Assembly: GCA_913055945.1 (NCBI GenBank)
Contig: CAJXKU010000002.1
Coordinates: forward strand, 1-36,326
Length of the DNA: 36,326 bases
Source: an uncultured Lentisphaerota bacterium
GTDB taxonomy: Bacteria; Verrucomicrobiota; Lentisphaeria; Oligosphaerales; CAJXKU01
Direction: 5' to 3'
Of the stretch, positions 17,716 through 26,417 are shown in pieces. Position 1 is the stretch's first letter. Every line of letters begins with the position of its first letter. The notes beneath the pieces were generated by a model. The model was given only the letters and a program-made list of their open reading frames with translations, searched no databases and was not told where the DNA came from. The translations under genes and the position numbers were made by a program.

Positions 17716-18456
17716 TTACATAACCATCCCGCCATCGACCTGGAGAACCTGCCCCGTTATATACCCGGCGTCCGGTCCGGCGAGAAATTTAACTGCGTTC
17801 GCCACATCTTCCGGCGTTCCGGGGCGTTGTAAGGGGATGTTCTGCAGGAAATTCGTCCGTGCTTCGTCGGTCAATTCGCCCGTCATTTCCGTTTCGATAT
17901 AACCGGGGGCCACCGCGTTGACGTTTATGCCGCGGGAAGCGAACTCACGGGCTGTTGACTTGGTCAGCCCGATGATGCCCCCTTTCGATGCGCTGTAGTT
18001 GGCCTGGCCGGCATTACCGGTTAAGCCTACGACCGACGCCATGTTTATGATCCTGCCGGATCTGGCTTTCATCATCGGTCTGGCGGCTGCTTTGGTGCAG
18101 TTGAAGGCGCCTTTCAGGTTAATAGCCATTACTTGATCCCAATCTTCGTCTTTTAGACGGACCAGAAGATTGTCGCGCGTTATGCCGGCGTTGTTCACCA
18201 GGATATCCAGAGACCCCATTTTGTCGACCACATTTTTCATAAGGTCTGCTACGGCATCAGCATCGACCACGTCGGTGACAAATGGTTCGCACGCGATGTC
18301 CTGCTGCTTCAGTTCTTCAGCGGTGGCCTGTGCGGATTCGGTCTGGATATCCACGAGGGCTATGGCGGCTCCATGTCGGCCCAGTTCATGGGCTATGGCT
18401 TTTCCGATACCCTGCGCTCCGCCGGTGATAAGAGCTACTTTGTTCTCCAGTATCAT
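17716..18456 (-). CDS. fabG: 3-oxoacyl-ACP reductase
   Basis: SDR motifs TGGAQGIG, NNAG and YSASKGG, between acpP and fabD. Confidence 0.95.
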   Translation of the reverse strand: MILENKVALITGGAQGIGKAIAHELGRHGAAIALVDIQTESAQATAEELKQQDIACEPFVTDVVDADAVADLMKNVVDKMGSLDILVNNAGITRDNLLVRLKDEDWDQVMAINLKGAFNCTKAAARPMMKARSGRIINMASVVGLTGNAGQANYSASKGGIIGLTKSTAREFASRGINVNAVAPGYIETEMTGELTDEARTNFLQNIPLQRPGTPEDVANAVKFLAGPDAGYITGQVLQVDGGMVM

Positions 18457-18584
18457 CTTTGCACTCCTTTTGTATTCAGCGGTTTATCAAAAACGGGTGT
18501 AGCATCGGTATTCTGTTCGTCCGTTTTTCTGTCACTCGTTTTTCGGGTCAATGTTTTTGACGCGAGTTCTGCTCGCGTTTCTTC

Positions 18585-19514
18585 TCAGATATTTGCCTTA
18601 AGCTCCTCGATATCGTCGTTGCAACCCATTAAATATGTAGGGAGACTCTTATCGGTCTTTTTCATAAATCCTTTCAGGGTTTTACCGGGGCCGATTTCCA
18701 TAAAACAGTCTGCGCCGAACGTTGTCCGCATGGTTTCCACGCAGGCATGCCATCGGACACTGTTGTGGATCTGGCTTTTCAGGTTTCTGCGGATCTGCTC
18801 CGGATCATGGACCTGCTCACCGACCACATTCTGCACGACGGGGACGGAGGGGCGGTTAATCGCGGTATTCTGCAGGTAAGGCTCAAAGCCTTCCGCCGCA
18901 GAGGCCATGAGGCGTGAGTGGAAGGCGCCATCCACTTCAAGGGGGACCAGGCGTTTAACGCCGTTTTCCTTCAATGCGGCGATGGCCTGGTCGAGCTTCT
19001 CACGTTCTCCACTGATCACGATTTGTCCTGGGCAATTGTAATTTGCGGCATCGACATCGTGTTCCTCGCAGACGGATTCAACGAGTTCGGGATCTGCGTT
19101 CAGTACAGCTGCCATTCCGCCTTCAGTGTTACGGCAGGCTTCATCCATCAACTGACCGCGTATAGAGACCAGCTGCAATGCATCTGAAAAGGTGATTGCT
19201 CCGGCTGCGGTGAGTGCTGCGAATTCTCCCAGACTGAGGCCGCCGCAGACGACGGGCTTAACGGATGTTTCCTCCTGCATAGCTCCTAAGCAGGCGAGAC
19301 TGGTGGTGAAGATGGCCGGTTGGCAATACGTACTTTGTTTCAGTGTCTCGGCATCGCCCTCGAAACAGATTTCCGACAGCTTGTACGAGAGGGTTCTATC
19401 CGCCTGTTTAAAGGTTTGGTACGCTGACTCATAGGTATCGTACAGATCTTTGCCCATGCCGGAAGACTGACTGCCTTGACCGGCGAACATGAAAGCCCAA
19501 CGCCCTTCACTCAT
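18585..19514 (-). CDS. fabD: malonyl-CoA:ACP transacylase
   Basis: FMFAGQGSQ and GLSLGEF active-site motifs. I chose the start at the ATG at 19514 (MSEGRWAFMF), which is preceded by AGGAG. The ORF-track start at 19553 would overlap fabH. Confidence 0.9.
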   Translation of the reverse strand: MSEGRWAFMFAGQGSQSSGMGKDLYDTYESAYQTFKQADRTLSYKLSEICFEGDAETLKQSTYCQPAIFTTSLACLGAMQEETSVKPVVCGGLSLGEFAALTAAGAITFSDALQLVSIRGQLMDEACRNTEGGMAAVLNADPELVESVCEEHDVDAANYNCPGQIVISGEREKLDQAIAALKENGVKRLVPLEVDGAFHSRLMASAAEGFEPYLQNTAINRPSVPVVQNVVGEQVHDPEQIRRNLKSQIHNSVRWHACVETMRTTFGADCFMEIGPGKTLKGFMKKTDKSLPTYLMGCNDDIEELKANI

Positions 19515-19536
19515 TATGCTGATTACTCCTTTATGT

Positions 19537-20580
19537 TCAGTTCGTTTTGTCATTCTGGGGAGTGCCTGGAGCCGGGTGCGGCCAGCGCAGCAACTGTGCT
19601 CCCCACGTAAGTCCTCCGCCGAACGCGGTTAATAACAGATGTTCGCCTTCGTCGACCTGGTTGTTGCGCACAACTTCGTCCAGGCATAAAGGGATTGTAG
19701 CGGCGGAGGTATTGCCGTATTTGTGAAGGTTCATGAACACACTCTCGGGGGGAACGCCTAACCGTTTACCCACACTTGCCAGGATGCGGGTATTGGCCTG
19801 ATGAGGAATCAGCCAGCGGATCTGGTCACTTGATGTTCCGGCTTGTGACAGTACCTTACTGCACGCATCAGCCATTGCTCCCACGGCGAGTTTAAAAATT
19901 TCGCGCCCGTTCATATGAAGATAGTGCAGGCCTTTTTCCATAGCCTCGGGGGTAACGGGCTGAGCGCTGCCTCCTGCGGGGATATAGAGCAGGTCGGAGT
20001 GGTGTCCGTTCGACCCCATTTCCGAGGCCAGGAGGCATTCGTGCTCTGCCGGTACACGGGAAAGTACAACCGCACCGGCGCCGTCGCCGAACAGTACACA
20101 TGTGCTGCGGTCCTGCCAATTCACGACACTGGACATTTTTTCTGCTCCGACGACGAGTACGTGTTTGTACATGCCGTTGCGGAGGAAGTTCGCCGCTGTT
20201 TCCAAAGCGAATAAAAAGCCGGAGCATGCCGCTTCAATGGAAAAACAGGCGGCATTCATGGCTTGGATCTGCCTTTGCAGGTGACACCCTGTGTTCGGGA
20301 ACGGGGTGTCCGGTGACAGGGTAGCGACAATGATCAGGTCCAGTTGGCTTGCGTCAATATCCGCTGCATGCAATGCATGTTCAGCCGCTTTTGCCCCCAG
20401 GGTGGAGGTGGGCTCATCGTCGGCTGCGATGCGGCGTTCGTGGATACCGGTTCGAGTTCGGATCCACTCGTCTGATGTCTCGACGAATTCCTCCAGATCG
20501 GTATTCGTCAAGACTTTTTCCGGCACGTAAGAGCCGGTTCCTATAGGCGCTGCCCCGTACGAACTCATTTTTGTAGACAA
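19537..20580 (-). CDS. fabH: 3-oxoacyl-ACP synthase III
   Basis: GTGSYVPEKVLTN.DLE, ACSGF active-site Cys, and HQAN / GNTSAA motifs. Confidence 0.95.
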   Translation of the reverse strand: MSTKMSSYGAAPIGTGSYVPEKVLTNTDLEEFVETSDEWIRTRTGIHERRIAADDEPTSTLGAKAAEHALHAADIDASQLDLIIVATLSPDTPFPNTGCHLQRQIQAMNAACFSIEAACSGFLFALETAANFLRNGMYKHVLVVGAEKMSSVVNWQDRSTCVLFGDGAGAVVLSRVPAEHECLLASEMGSNGHHSDLLYIPAGGSAQPVTPEAMEKGLHYLHMNGREIFKLAVGAMADACSKVLSQAGTSSDQIRWLIPHQANTRILASVGKRLGVPPESVFMNLHKYGNTSAATIPLCLDEVVRNNQVDEGEHLLLTAFGGGLTWGAQLLRWPHPAPGTPQNDKTN

Positions 20581-20787
20581 TTCTTTCCGTTTATGGACTT
20601 TTACTTAGCCCTGGCACCCGCAATCGAAAAGACCAAAGGCGTGTTATTGATTTTTCCATGAGGTGGCCGTCTGTTCGTTCGTTTCACTTTGAAGCTGTAA
20701 TCAGGTTTTCTGTTTTTACGCCACAAGTGTTGTGCCTCTGCCGGCGTTCGTCCCTCCCCGGGGGTGAATACCCGGGGTGTAACGAGA

Positions 20788-21855
20788 TCAACTGCTGAAT
20801 CCCGGCTGAGCATGCTGCCCGGTTGATGCCGCCGTGGTTTGTGCGACATCGCTTATATCCTGGATTCGTTTTGTAATGGTGTCATTGACTTGCGCCTGTA
20901 CGAAATTCGAGGCGACGAGGATTGCATTCTGAATGGCTCGCCGCGAGGATGAGCCGTGTCCGATGATGCACACGCCGTTCACACCCAGAAGCGGAGCACC
21001 GCCGTATTCGTCCCGATCGGACATCGCTTTCATTTCGTAAAAGGCATTCCGGGAGATAAGTGCTCCCAATTTTCTTATGAATGTCTTTTTCAAACATTGC
21101 TTGAGGATGCCGTTCAGTCCGTTGGCAAGACTTTCGCAGCATTTGAGAACGACATTCCCTACGAAGCCATCGCAGATAACAACATCTATACGGTTCTCAA
21201 AGAGGTCGTGACCTTCCACGTTTCCGACAAAGTTTAACTCCGGGATTTCTTTCAGCTTCTGATACGTGTTTTTTGTTAGCTCGTTGCCCTTGGATTCTTC
21301 TGCACCTACGTTGAGCAGTCCTATCCTGGGGGAGGGGATATTCAGAATTTTCTGCGCATAAGCTTCTCCCATAAGGGCGTAATGGACCAGATGCAGGGGC
21401 TTCGCATCCATGTGCGCCCCCGCGTCGAGCAGTACGAACGGGCCCGTGGGGGAGGGAAAAACTGTGGCGATGCCGGGGCGTTCAACGTTCGGAAGTGCGC
21501 GCAGCTTGAGAATTGAGGAGCCGACGACTGCGCCCGTATTGCCTGCGCTGACAAATGCATCTGCTTCGCCTTCCTTCGTAAGATGTGTTCCGACGGAGAT
21601 GGATGAATCCTTCTTAGTGCGAAGTGCTTTGGCGGGCGAATCCTCCATGTGGATCACTTCCGAGGCCTCAGCGATTTCAATTCTGTCGTTGTTCGCCAGG
21701 CTCAGTTGCTGCAATTCGGGGTTCAGCGCGTCGGGATCCCCCACCAGGCGGATCCGCTGATCGGCCGGCAATTTTTCTAATGCGTCAGCGGCCCCTTCGA
21801 CCACGACCCGGGGGGCGGCATCTCCGCCCATTGCATCAACGGCAATCGTAAGCAT
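20788..21855 (-). CDS. plsX: phosphate acyltransferase
   Basis: MLTIAVDAMGGDAAP N-terminus and conserved body, in the canonical rpmF-plsX-fabH order. Confidence 0.95.
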   Translation of the reverse strand: MLTIAVDAMGGDAAPRVVVEGAADALEKLPADQRIRLVGDPDALNPELQQLSLANNDRIEIAEASEVIHMEDSPAKALRTKKDSSISVGTHLTKEGEADAFVSAGNTGAVVGSSILKLRALPNVERPGIATVFPSPTGPFVLLDAGAHMDAKPLHLVHYALMGEAYAQKILNIPSPRIGLLNVGAEESKGNELTKNTYQKLKEIPELNFVGNVEGHDLFENRIDVVICDGFVGNVVLKCCESLANGLNGILKQCLKKTFIRKLGALISRNAFYEMKAMSDRDEYGGAPLLGVNGVCIIGHGSSSRRAIQNAILVASNFVQAQVNDTITKRIQDISDVAQTTAASTGQHAQPGFSS

Positions 21856-21879
21856 TTAAATGTGCCAATATCCTTGCGT

Positions 21880-22062
21880 TTAATCGGAGGTGACGGTTAC
21901 CACTTGCTTCTCTCCGTAGGAGCCGCAGTTCAGGCATACGCGATGGGGCTGACGAGTCGCCCCGCATGCCGGACATGAGCTGACCGGGTGGCCCCGGTAA
22001 GCGTTGGCGGCTTGGCGCCTTCTTTTTCTCGTTTTGGACATTTTTCGTTGTTGTACCGCCAT
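21880..22062 (-). CDS. rpmF: 50S ribosomal protein L32
   Basis: MAVQQRKMSKTRKRRR... with the zinc-ribbon pair CPACG...CLNCG. Confidence 0.95.
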   Translation of the reverse strand: MAVQQRKMSKTRKRRRQAANAYRGHPVSSCPACGATRQPHRVCLNCGSYGEKQVVTVTSD

Positions 22063-22098
22063 TGTGCTGTCTCCATATTAGCTTGCGTTACGGTCTGT

Positions 22099-22587
22099 TT
22101 ATTCGGAGAAGTCCAGTTGGTCGAGTGCACGCCAGACATCAGGGGTTTCACCCGATGAGCGGGAGCACCCGCAGTCGTGTTCGTTCAGGTTCTGTCCGCA
22201 CATAGGGCAAAGCCCCCGACACGAAGTGCTGCAGAGGTTATGCTGCGGAACAGCCAGTAAGATATCCTCCCGTACAGCGTACGTCAAATCCAGTATATCT
22301 TCAGCGAAATCTTCAAACAGGTGACATATATCTGACAGGGCTACTGCGGAGTGGTACGATGTAAGGCAGCGATCGCATGTACAACTCAACTGAGCATTGA
22401 TTCGACCTTGACAGAGTATGCCTTTTTTGACACAGGATATAAAAAGATCCACATGTACCTCTCGGGCCAGAGAAAAGCGTTCATCGGCCGGGAACTCCAG
22501 CTCCTCAGCGGACACATAGCCTTGACGTTCAAGACCTTCGGGCGGAAGATTTTCGACGTTGACGAGTAAGATCGGGTTGTTTCTCAT
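22099..22587 (-). CDS. yceD: YceD/DUF177-family protein
   Basis: Conserved position immediately upstream of rpmF. Cys-rich C-terminal half (CRGLCPMCGQNLN...CGC). Confidence 0.8.
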   Translation of the reverse strand: MRNNPILLVNVENLPPEGLERQGYVSAEELEFPADERFSLAREVHVDLFISCVKKGILCQGRINAQLSCTCDRCLTSYHSAVALSDICHLFEDFAEDILDLTYAVREDILLAVPQHNLCSTSCRGLCPMCGQNLNEHDCGCSRSSGETPDVWRALDQLDFSE

Positions 22588-23069
22588 TGTCTTTGCACAC
22601 GCTCTGTAATTGATTCAGCTACGAGGGAGGGGACGAACGGCGAAACGTCCCCACCGAGTTCGGCAATCTCGCAAATCATGCTGGAACTGATATAAGAATA
22701 TTCTGCCGAAGGCATGAGGAAGACGGTCTCACAACTCGGCGACAGTGCTCTGTTCATCAGGGCCATCTGGAATTCCCATTCAAAATCCGCCACGGCGCGC
22801 AGCCCCCGCACCACAGCCACTGCATCGAACTCGTGGACAGCGTCGGTTAAAAGGCCGGTAAAGGATGTGATCTGTATGTTTTGCATCTCGGAACAGTTAT
22901 ACTTCAAGTGTTGAATTCGCTCGGGCACGGAAAAAATCGGGCGTTTTTTTTCGGTGTTGTCCCCGATTGCTACAATGAGCTGATCAAATAGATGGGTTGC
23001 CCGGCGGATAACATCGAGGTGGCCATTTGTCAGTGGGTCGAAGGTTCCCGGATATAGTGCTGTTTTCAT
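22584..23069 (-). CDS. coaD: phosphopantetheine adenylyltransferase
   Basis: ALYPGTFDPLTNGHLDVIRRA (T/HxGH nucleotidyltransferase motif) and ISSSMICEIA. 161 aa. Confidence 0.95.
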   Translation of the reverse strand: MKTALYPGTFDPLTNGHLDVIRRATHLFDQLIVAIGDNTEKKRPIFSVPERIQHLKYNCSEMQNIQITSFTGLLTDAVHEFDAVAVVRGLRAVADFEWEFQMALMNRALSPSCETVFLMPSAEYSYISSSMICEIAELGGDVSPFVPSLVAESITERVQRQ

Positions 23070-23297
23070 AGTTGTTGCCGCTTGTTTTTTCGTATACAGG
23101 GTAAAGGTTCGTTATACTTACCATAGCACAATCTGGGCGTTTCGGTTGCACCAATGGGGGGGTGGGTGAACGGTTTTTCTGTAAAGGGTGTCTGTTGACA
23201 CCGTGGCGTTTACCTATTATGCTTGCGGTCAAACGAGGGGCGGAGGGATGTGTTTTCGCGGCGAGATTCAGCATTGTGTAGAAGAGAGGAGAAAGCG

Positions 23298-24308
23298 ATG
23301 GACACGCGGACAAGTTATCTTGGCCTTGAGCTGAAAAATCCTCTGATGGTCGGCGCAGGGCCTTTGACGGCGAACGCGGAGAGTGTATGCCGGTGCGAGG
23401 ATGCCGGCGCAGGCGCGGTTGTGCTTAAATCATTGTTCGAAGAGCAGATTCGGCGGGATAACGAAGGGCTGGATGCGGCATTGGAGCAAGAGGAAAACTG
23501 GCATACCGAAGTGGGCGCGTATCGCGAGGCGGATCTGGCCCTTCGGTATGGGTCTCACGAGTATCTGGAAATTCTCCGCGCGAGTAAAAAGCGGGCCGAT
23601 ATTCCGGTTATCGCCAGCATCAATGGGACGTCGGCTGAGTCCTGGCTGCAATTCGCCAAAGATATTGAAGCGGCGGGCGCCGATGCGCTGGAACTCAACA
23701 TCGCGCTTATCGCGCGGGATGTTTTTACTGACGGGGCGACAATCCAGACCGAATATGAAAATATTGTGCGGCGAGTGGGGAAACGGATTTCGATTCCGTT
23801 CAGTGTGAAACTCGTTCCTTACTTCAGTGCTTTGCCGTGGACGATCAATCGGCTCTGCAGCGAAGGCGCGCACGGGTTTGTATTGTTCAACCGTCTTTAT
23901 CGCCCGCACGTTGATCCGGGGTCAATGCATATTCGCGTGGACGGTGAAGATAAATACAGCAGCCGGAAAGAACTGGCCCCCTCCTTGCGGACGATTGCCG
24001 GCGTGGCGGGGCGAGTGAACGCAGATTTTGCCGCCGCCACCGGTGTGCACGAAGTGGAGGACGTCCTGGGGGCTCTTCTTGTTGGCGCCAGTGCTGTCCA
24101 GATGGTAACCGCCCCTCTGACGCGTGGCTTGAACGTGCTGACGGAACATCTTCAGGGCATGAAAGAGTGGATGGAAAGTCACGAATTCAATGATATTTCA
24201 TCGTTCCGCGGCAGATTGAGTGAAATGAACAGTGCTGAGGGAACGATGTTCAGTCGAACCCAGTATGTCAAAAGTATCGCTGTACCGTCCGGTTCAACAA
24301 ATAGGTAA
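23298..24308 (+). CDS. dihydroorotate dehydrogenase-like (class 1 DHOD fold) protein
   Basis: MDTRTSYLGLELKNPLMVGAGPLT..., VLKSL, ELNI and other TIM-barrel DHOD-like patterns. I chose the start at the ATG at 23298, preceded by agagaggagaaagcg. The ORF-track start at 23223 is a TTG. Confidence 0.7.
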   Translation: MDTRTSYLGLELKNPLMVGAGPLTANAESVCRCEDAGAGAVVLKSLFEEQIRRDNEGLDAALEQEENWHTEVGAYREADLALRYGSHEYLEILRASKKRADIPVIASINGTSAESWLQFAKDIEAAGADALELNIALIARDVFTDGATIQTEYENIVRRVGKRISIPFSVKLVPYFSALPWTINRLCSEGAHGFVLFNRLYRPHVDPGSMHIRVDGEDKYSSRKELAPSLRTIAGVAGRVNADFAAATGVHEVEDVLGALLVGASAVQMVTAPLTRGLNVLTEHLQGMKEWMESHEFNDISSFRGRLSEMNSAEGTMFSRTQYVKSIAVPSGSTNR

Positions 24309-24377
24309 ATTTCGCTTATCGTCTCCTTGCAAGCGGCGGAATCAGGAATAAATTCCGTTTTATAGAAAGGCGCCAGT

Positions 24378-24454
24378 GGGGCTGTAGCTCAGTTGGCTAG
24401 AGCGGCACGTTCGCAACGTGCAAGTCAGGGGTTCGAGTCCCCTCAGCTCCACCA
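24378..24454 (+). tRNA. tRNA-Ala (anticodon CGC), CCA encoded
   Basis: Hand-folded cloverleaf: acceptor GGGGCTG/CAGCTCC with the G3:U70 alanine identity pair; D arm GCTC/GAGC; anticodon stem GCACG/CGTGC with loop TTCGCAA; T arm AGGGG-TTCGAGT-CCCCT; 3' ACCA. Confidence 0.95.
24407..24454 (+). repeat. attL core (3' 48 nt of the functional tRNA-Ala)
   Basis: Identical to 35932-35979. Confidence 0.9.
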
Positions 24455-24536
24455 CCTTTTCGCCTTCCCCGCCCTTGATTAACCGTCTTTTCTGTCCTTC
24501 ACTGTCTCTGTCAGTCTACCATATATAAGGCTCTTG

Positions 24537-24628
24537 TAAGTAACTAATAAGTAACCACCCCTGAAACCATCCTATTCGCCTACGTGCGCCCCGACTGGTA
24601 TGTATTCCCGAAGTATTGTAAGTAACCA
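24537..24628 (+). promoter_or_regulatory. cluster of direct TAAGTAAC(C/T)A repeats (candidate integrase arm-type sites, attL side)
   Basis: taagtaact at 24537-24545, and taagtaacca at 24548-24557 and 24619-24628. The last two extend to ~24-nt imperfect direct repeats (taagtaaccacccctgaaaccat / taagtaaccatcctgaaagccat). The same 10-mer recurs at 35883-35892, next to the int promoter. Confidence 0.4.
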
Positions 24629-24727
24629 TCCTGAAAGCCATACAGCGCTTAATCTGGATCACCCGTATAAAACCACCATCAGGACACAAGTTTGCGCTCA
24701 GTGTCGCTCTGTGCGGCTTCTATAAAT

Positions 24728-24761
24728 AAAAAAAGACCGAAACGCTATTAACGCTCCGGCC
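24728..24761 (-). terminator. intrinsic terminator closing the island's leftward transcription
   Basis: The minus strand reads GGCCGGAGCG-ttaata-GCGTTTCGGTC followed by TTTTTTTATTTAT. The 10-bp stem needs three G:U pairs, so it only folds well in the minus-strand transcript. Confidence 0.65.
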
Positions 24762-24787
24762 TGTGATCCTGTATTTTATTTTAGCCT

Positions 24788-24925
24788 TCACTTAAACAGT
24801 TTCTTGAACAGCTTCCCCGTCGTTTTACCTGCTGCCCTGCGTCCAACTCTCCGACCGATCTTGCCTTTGCCGACCGCATTCAGGTCGCCTAACAGCTTTG
24901 CCAGCGTGTAAAGGAAACGTCGCAT
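24788..24925 (-). CDS. 45-aa highly basic peptide (hypothetical; resembles small basic ORFs I have seen in phage genomes)
   Basis: My translation is MRRFLYTLAKLLGDLNAVGKGKIGRRVGRRAAGKTTGKLFKKLFK*. An AAGGA lies ~9 nt upstream of the ATG, and the terminator follows directly. It is below the ORF-track length cutoff. Confidence 0.4.
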   Translation of the reverse strand: MRRFLYTLAKLLGDLNAVGKGKIGRRVGRRAAGKTTGKLFKKLFK

Positions 24926-24957
24926 TACTTTAATCCTTTAGTCGAAACATCTACTGT

Positions 24958-25284
24958 CTATGCGTGATGCCACCACATCAGAAATCGGACGATGATAAAC
25001 CAAATTAGTCCCACGACAATTCCGAGTGTACCAAAAGCAGAAATTCCGGGAGAAGGGTCGTCTCCTGAAAAACCAAACATCACTGCCATAATACTCCCTA
25101 TAATGAGTAGGCAGGAAAGCAATTGCTGTAACTTATAGCGTTTAGATCTCTGTTCAACTGTTTGTATTTTTCCTCCGTGCGCTTGGGTACTTCCCCCGCC
25201 CGTTAACGGGTAAGCACAATTAGGGCAAGTGTCAGCATTGTCAGAAACCTGTTTGTTGCATTCTGGGCAAGTAGTAAGTGCCAT
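24958..25284 (-). CDS. zinc-ribbon membrane protein (2 predicted TM helices)
   Basis: The ATG at 25284 is preceded by gaaaggagacgacaac. The N-terminal ribbon is CPECNKQV...CPNCAYPL. Two hydrophobic helices follow (LLSCLLIIGSIMAVMFGF; FGTLGIVVGLIWFIIVRFLMWW). Confidence 0.6.
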   Translation of the reverse strand: MALTTCPECNKQVSDNADTCPNCAYPLTGGGSTQAHGGKIQTVEQRSKRYKLQQLLSCLLIIGSIMAVMFGFSGDDPSPGISAFGTLGIVVGLIWFIIVRFLMWWHHA

Positions 25285-25384
25285 GTTGTCGTCTCCTTTC
25301 CGTATGATTCGTATTTTTGTATCGGGGCCACGCCCTACGATACTTACAACAAGCAAGCTAACATGTTTTTGAGGGATGTCAAAT

Positions 25385-25669
25385 CTATATATCAAGACCG
25401 CTGCTGCCTTCATCCTCGGCGTTAGCTACCGACTCGAACTGGCGGGCCATTTCGCGAGCGGCCTGGACGGATCCCCGCTCCCGGACTTCCCCCATGAGCG
25501 CCGCGTAAATCACGCTCCGCGCCCGTAACTGCCCGCGTCGGTATGCTTCCATTGCCTCTTTGTCGTTCTCGATGGTACCGGGTTCCAGTTCACATAACCG
25601 CGCTACATCACCCACACTGAACGGCATGGCGCTGTATTTTTCAACGTGTTGTAATGTCTCCGAATCCAT
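25385..25669 (-). CDS. 94-aa HTH-like protein; possible small-terminase-like / packaging-specificity factor
   Basis: The ATG lies 1 nt after the stop of the upstream gene. FSVGDVARLCELEPGTIEN (HTH-like), then EAYRRGQLRARSVIYAALMGEVRERGSVQAAREMARQF, resembles the A.erGra.a...l.......G....a pattern of some small terminase/HTH proteins. This is pattern-level only. Confidence 0.3.
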   Translation of the reverse strand: MDSETLQHVEKYSAMPFSVGDVARLCELEPGTIENDKEAMEAYRRGQLRARSVIYAALMGEVRERGSVQAAREMARQFESVANAEDEGSSGLDI

Positions 25670-25670
25670 A

Positions 25671-26417
25671 TTACACCCCTGCGATTGGGACGTTGACCTT
25701 CTGGGCGTTCAGCAAGTCCCACATCTTCTGAGGCGGCAACCTGTATTTAATAACCTGCGTGCCCCACTTGCGCTGTATTGCCTCGCAGTACGTCTGTTCT
25801 TTCGCCATAGTGCGCTCGCTCACGATCCCGCCCGCGTTATCACCGTGGTCTGTGAAGTAACAGTATTTGTTGAATCGTAGCAACCTTTTGTACCGGCATA
25901 GAACCTGAAGAGAAAAGTCGTAATCATCCTTCGTTCCCATACGTTCATCATATAACAAGTTGTGCTCTAAGTGCCCCTGAAACGGGCCCAGAACCACACT
26001 CGTAAGACTGAAAGGCTTATACTGCTGGTAATTACGACCGTCCTCATTACAATTCACGCCCCAGAATACGCAGCCCCACTCATACGCCAGGTTGAACCCC
26101 TGTTTTATCACGTCGAGGGCAGTCTCCGGGTCGAGGCAAATTTGTTGCTTGCCGCCCTCCGAATGTCCCAGTGCAGAAACATCATCATCTAACATCAACA
26201 ATGGTCGCTCGATATTACGCAGGATCCAGTTCCTTTTACGTGCAATGTTGCGGTCTGATTCGTCGGGAATCACGATCAGACGCTTAGCGCCGACCGTCTT
26301 TGTGTATTGATCCCGCTGGCTCTCAGGAATTACATATTTGGCCGCAGAGAAATAATCTTTGCCCTTCAATCCCTGGGGGCGGTTATAACTCGGTATGCAG
26401 ATATTCAAACCCCGCAT
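25671..26417 (-). CDS. GT-A-like glycosyltransferase, size and motifs reminiscent of the phage TET/JBP-associated (TAGT/GREB1-like) family
   Basis: The ATG at 26417 has GGAGGG 8 nt upstream and overlaps the end of the previous gene by 13 nt. NICIPSYNRP near the N-terminus and LLMLDDDV (DxD-type) fit GT-A logic. 248 aa. Not verified by search. Confidence 0.5.
   Translation of the reverse strand: MRGLNICIPSYNRPQGLKGKDYFSAAKYVIPESQRDQYTKTVGAKRLIVIPDESDRNIARKRNWILRNIERPLLMLDDDVSALGHSEGGKQQICLDPETALDVIKQGFNLAYEWGCVFWGVNCNEDGRNYQQYKPFSLTSVVLGPFQGHLEHNLLYDERMGTKDDYDFSLQVLCRYKRLLRFNKYCYFTDHGDNAGGIVSERTMAKEQTYCEAIQRKWGTQVIKYRLPPQKMWDLLNAQKVNVPIAGV

Noticed and set aside
20601-20849. 82-aa ORF in the plsX-fabH gap, and 81-aa ORF at 36014-36259
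   Set aside because: The first overlaps the plsX 3' end out of frame and is Arg/Pro-rich, typical of a spurious frame. The second lies in non-coding flank with hairpins. Neither has an RBS or a motif.
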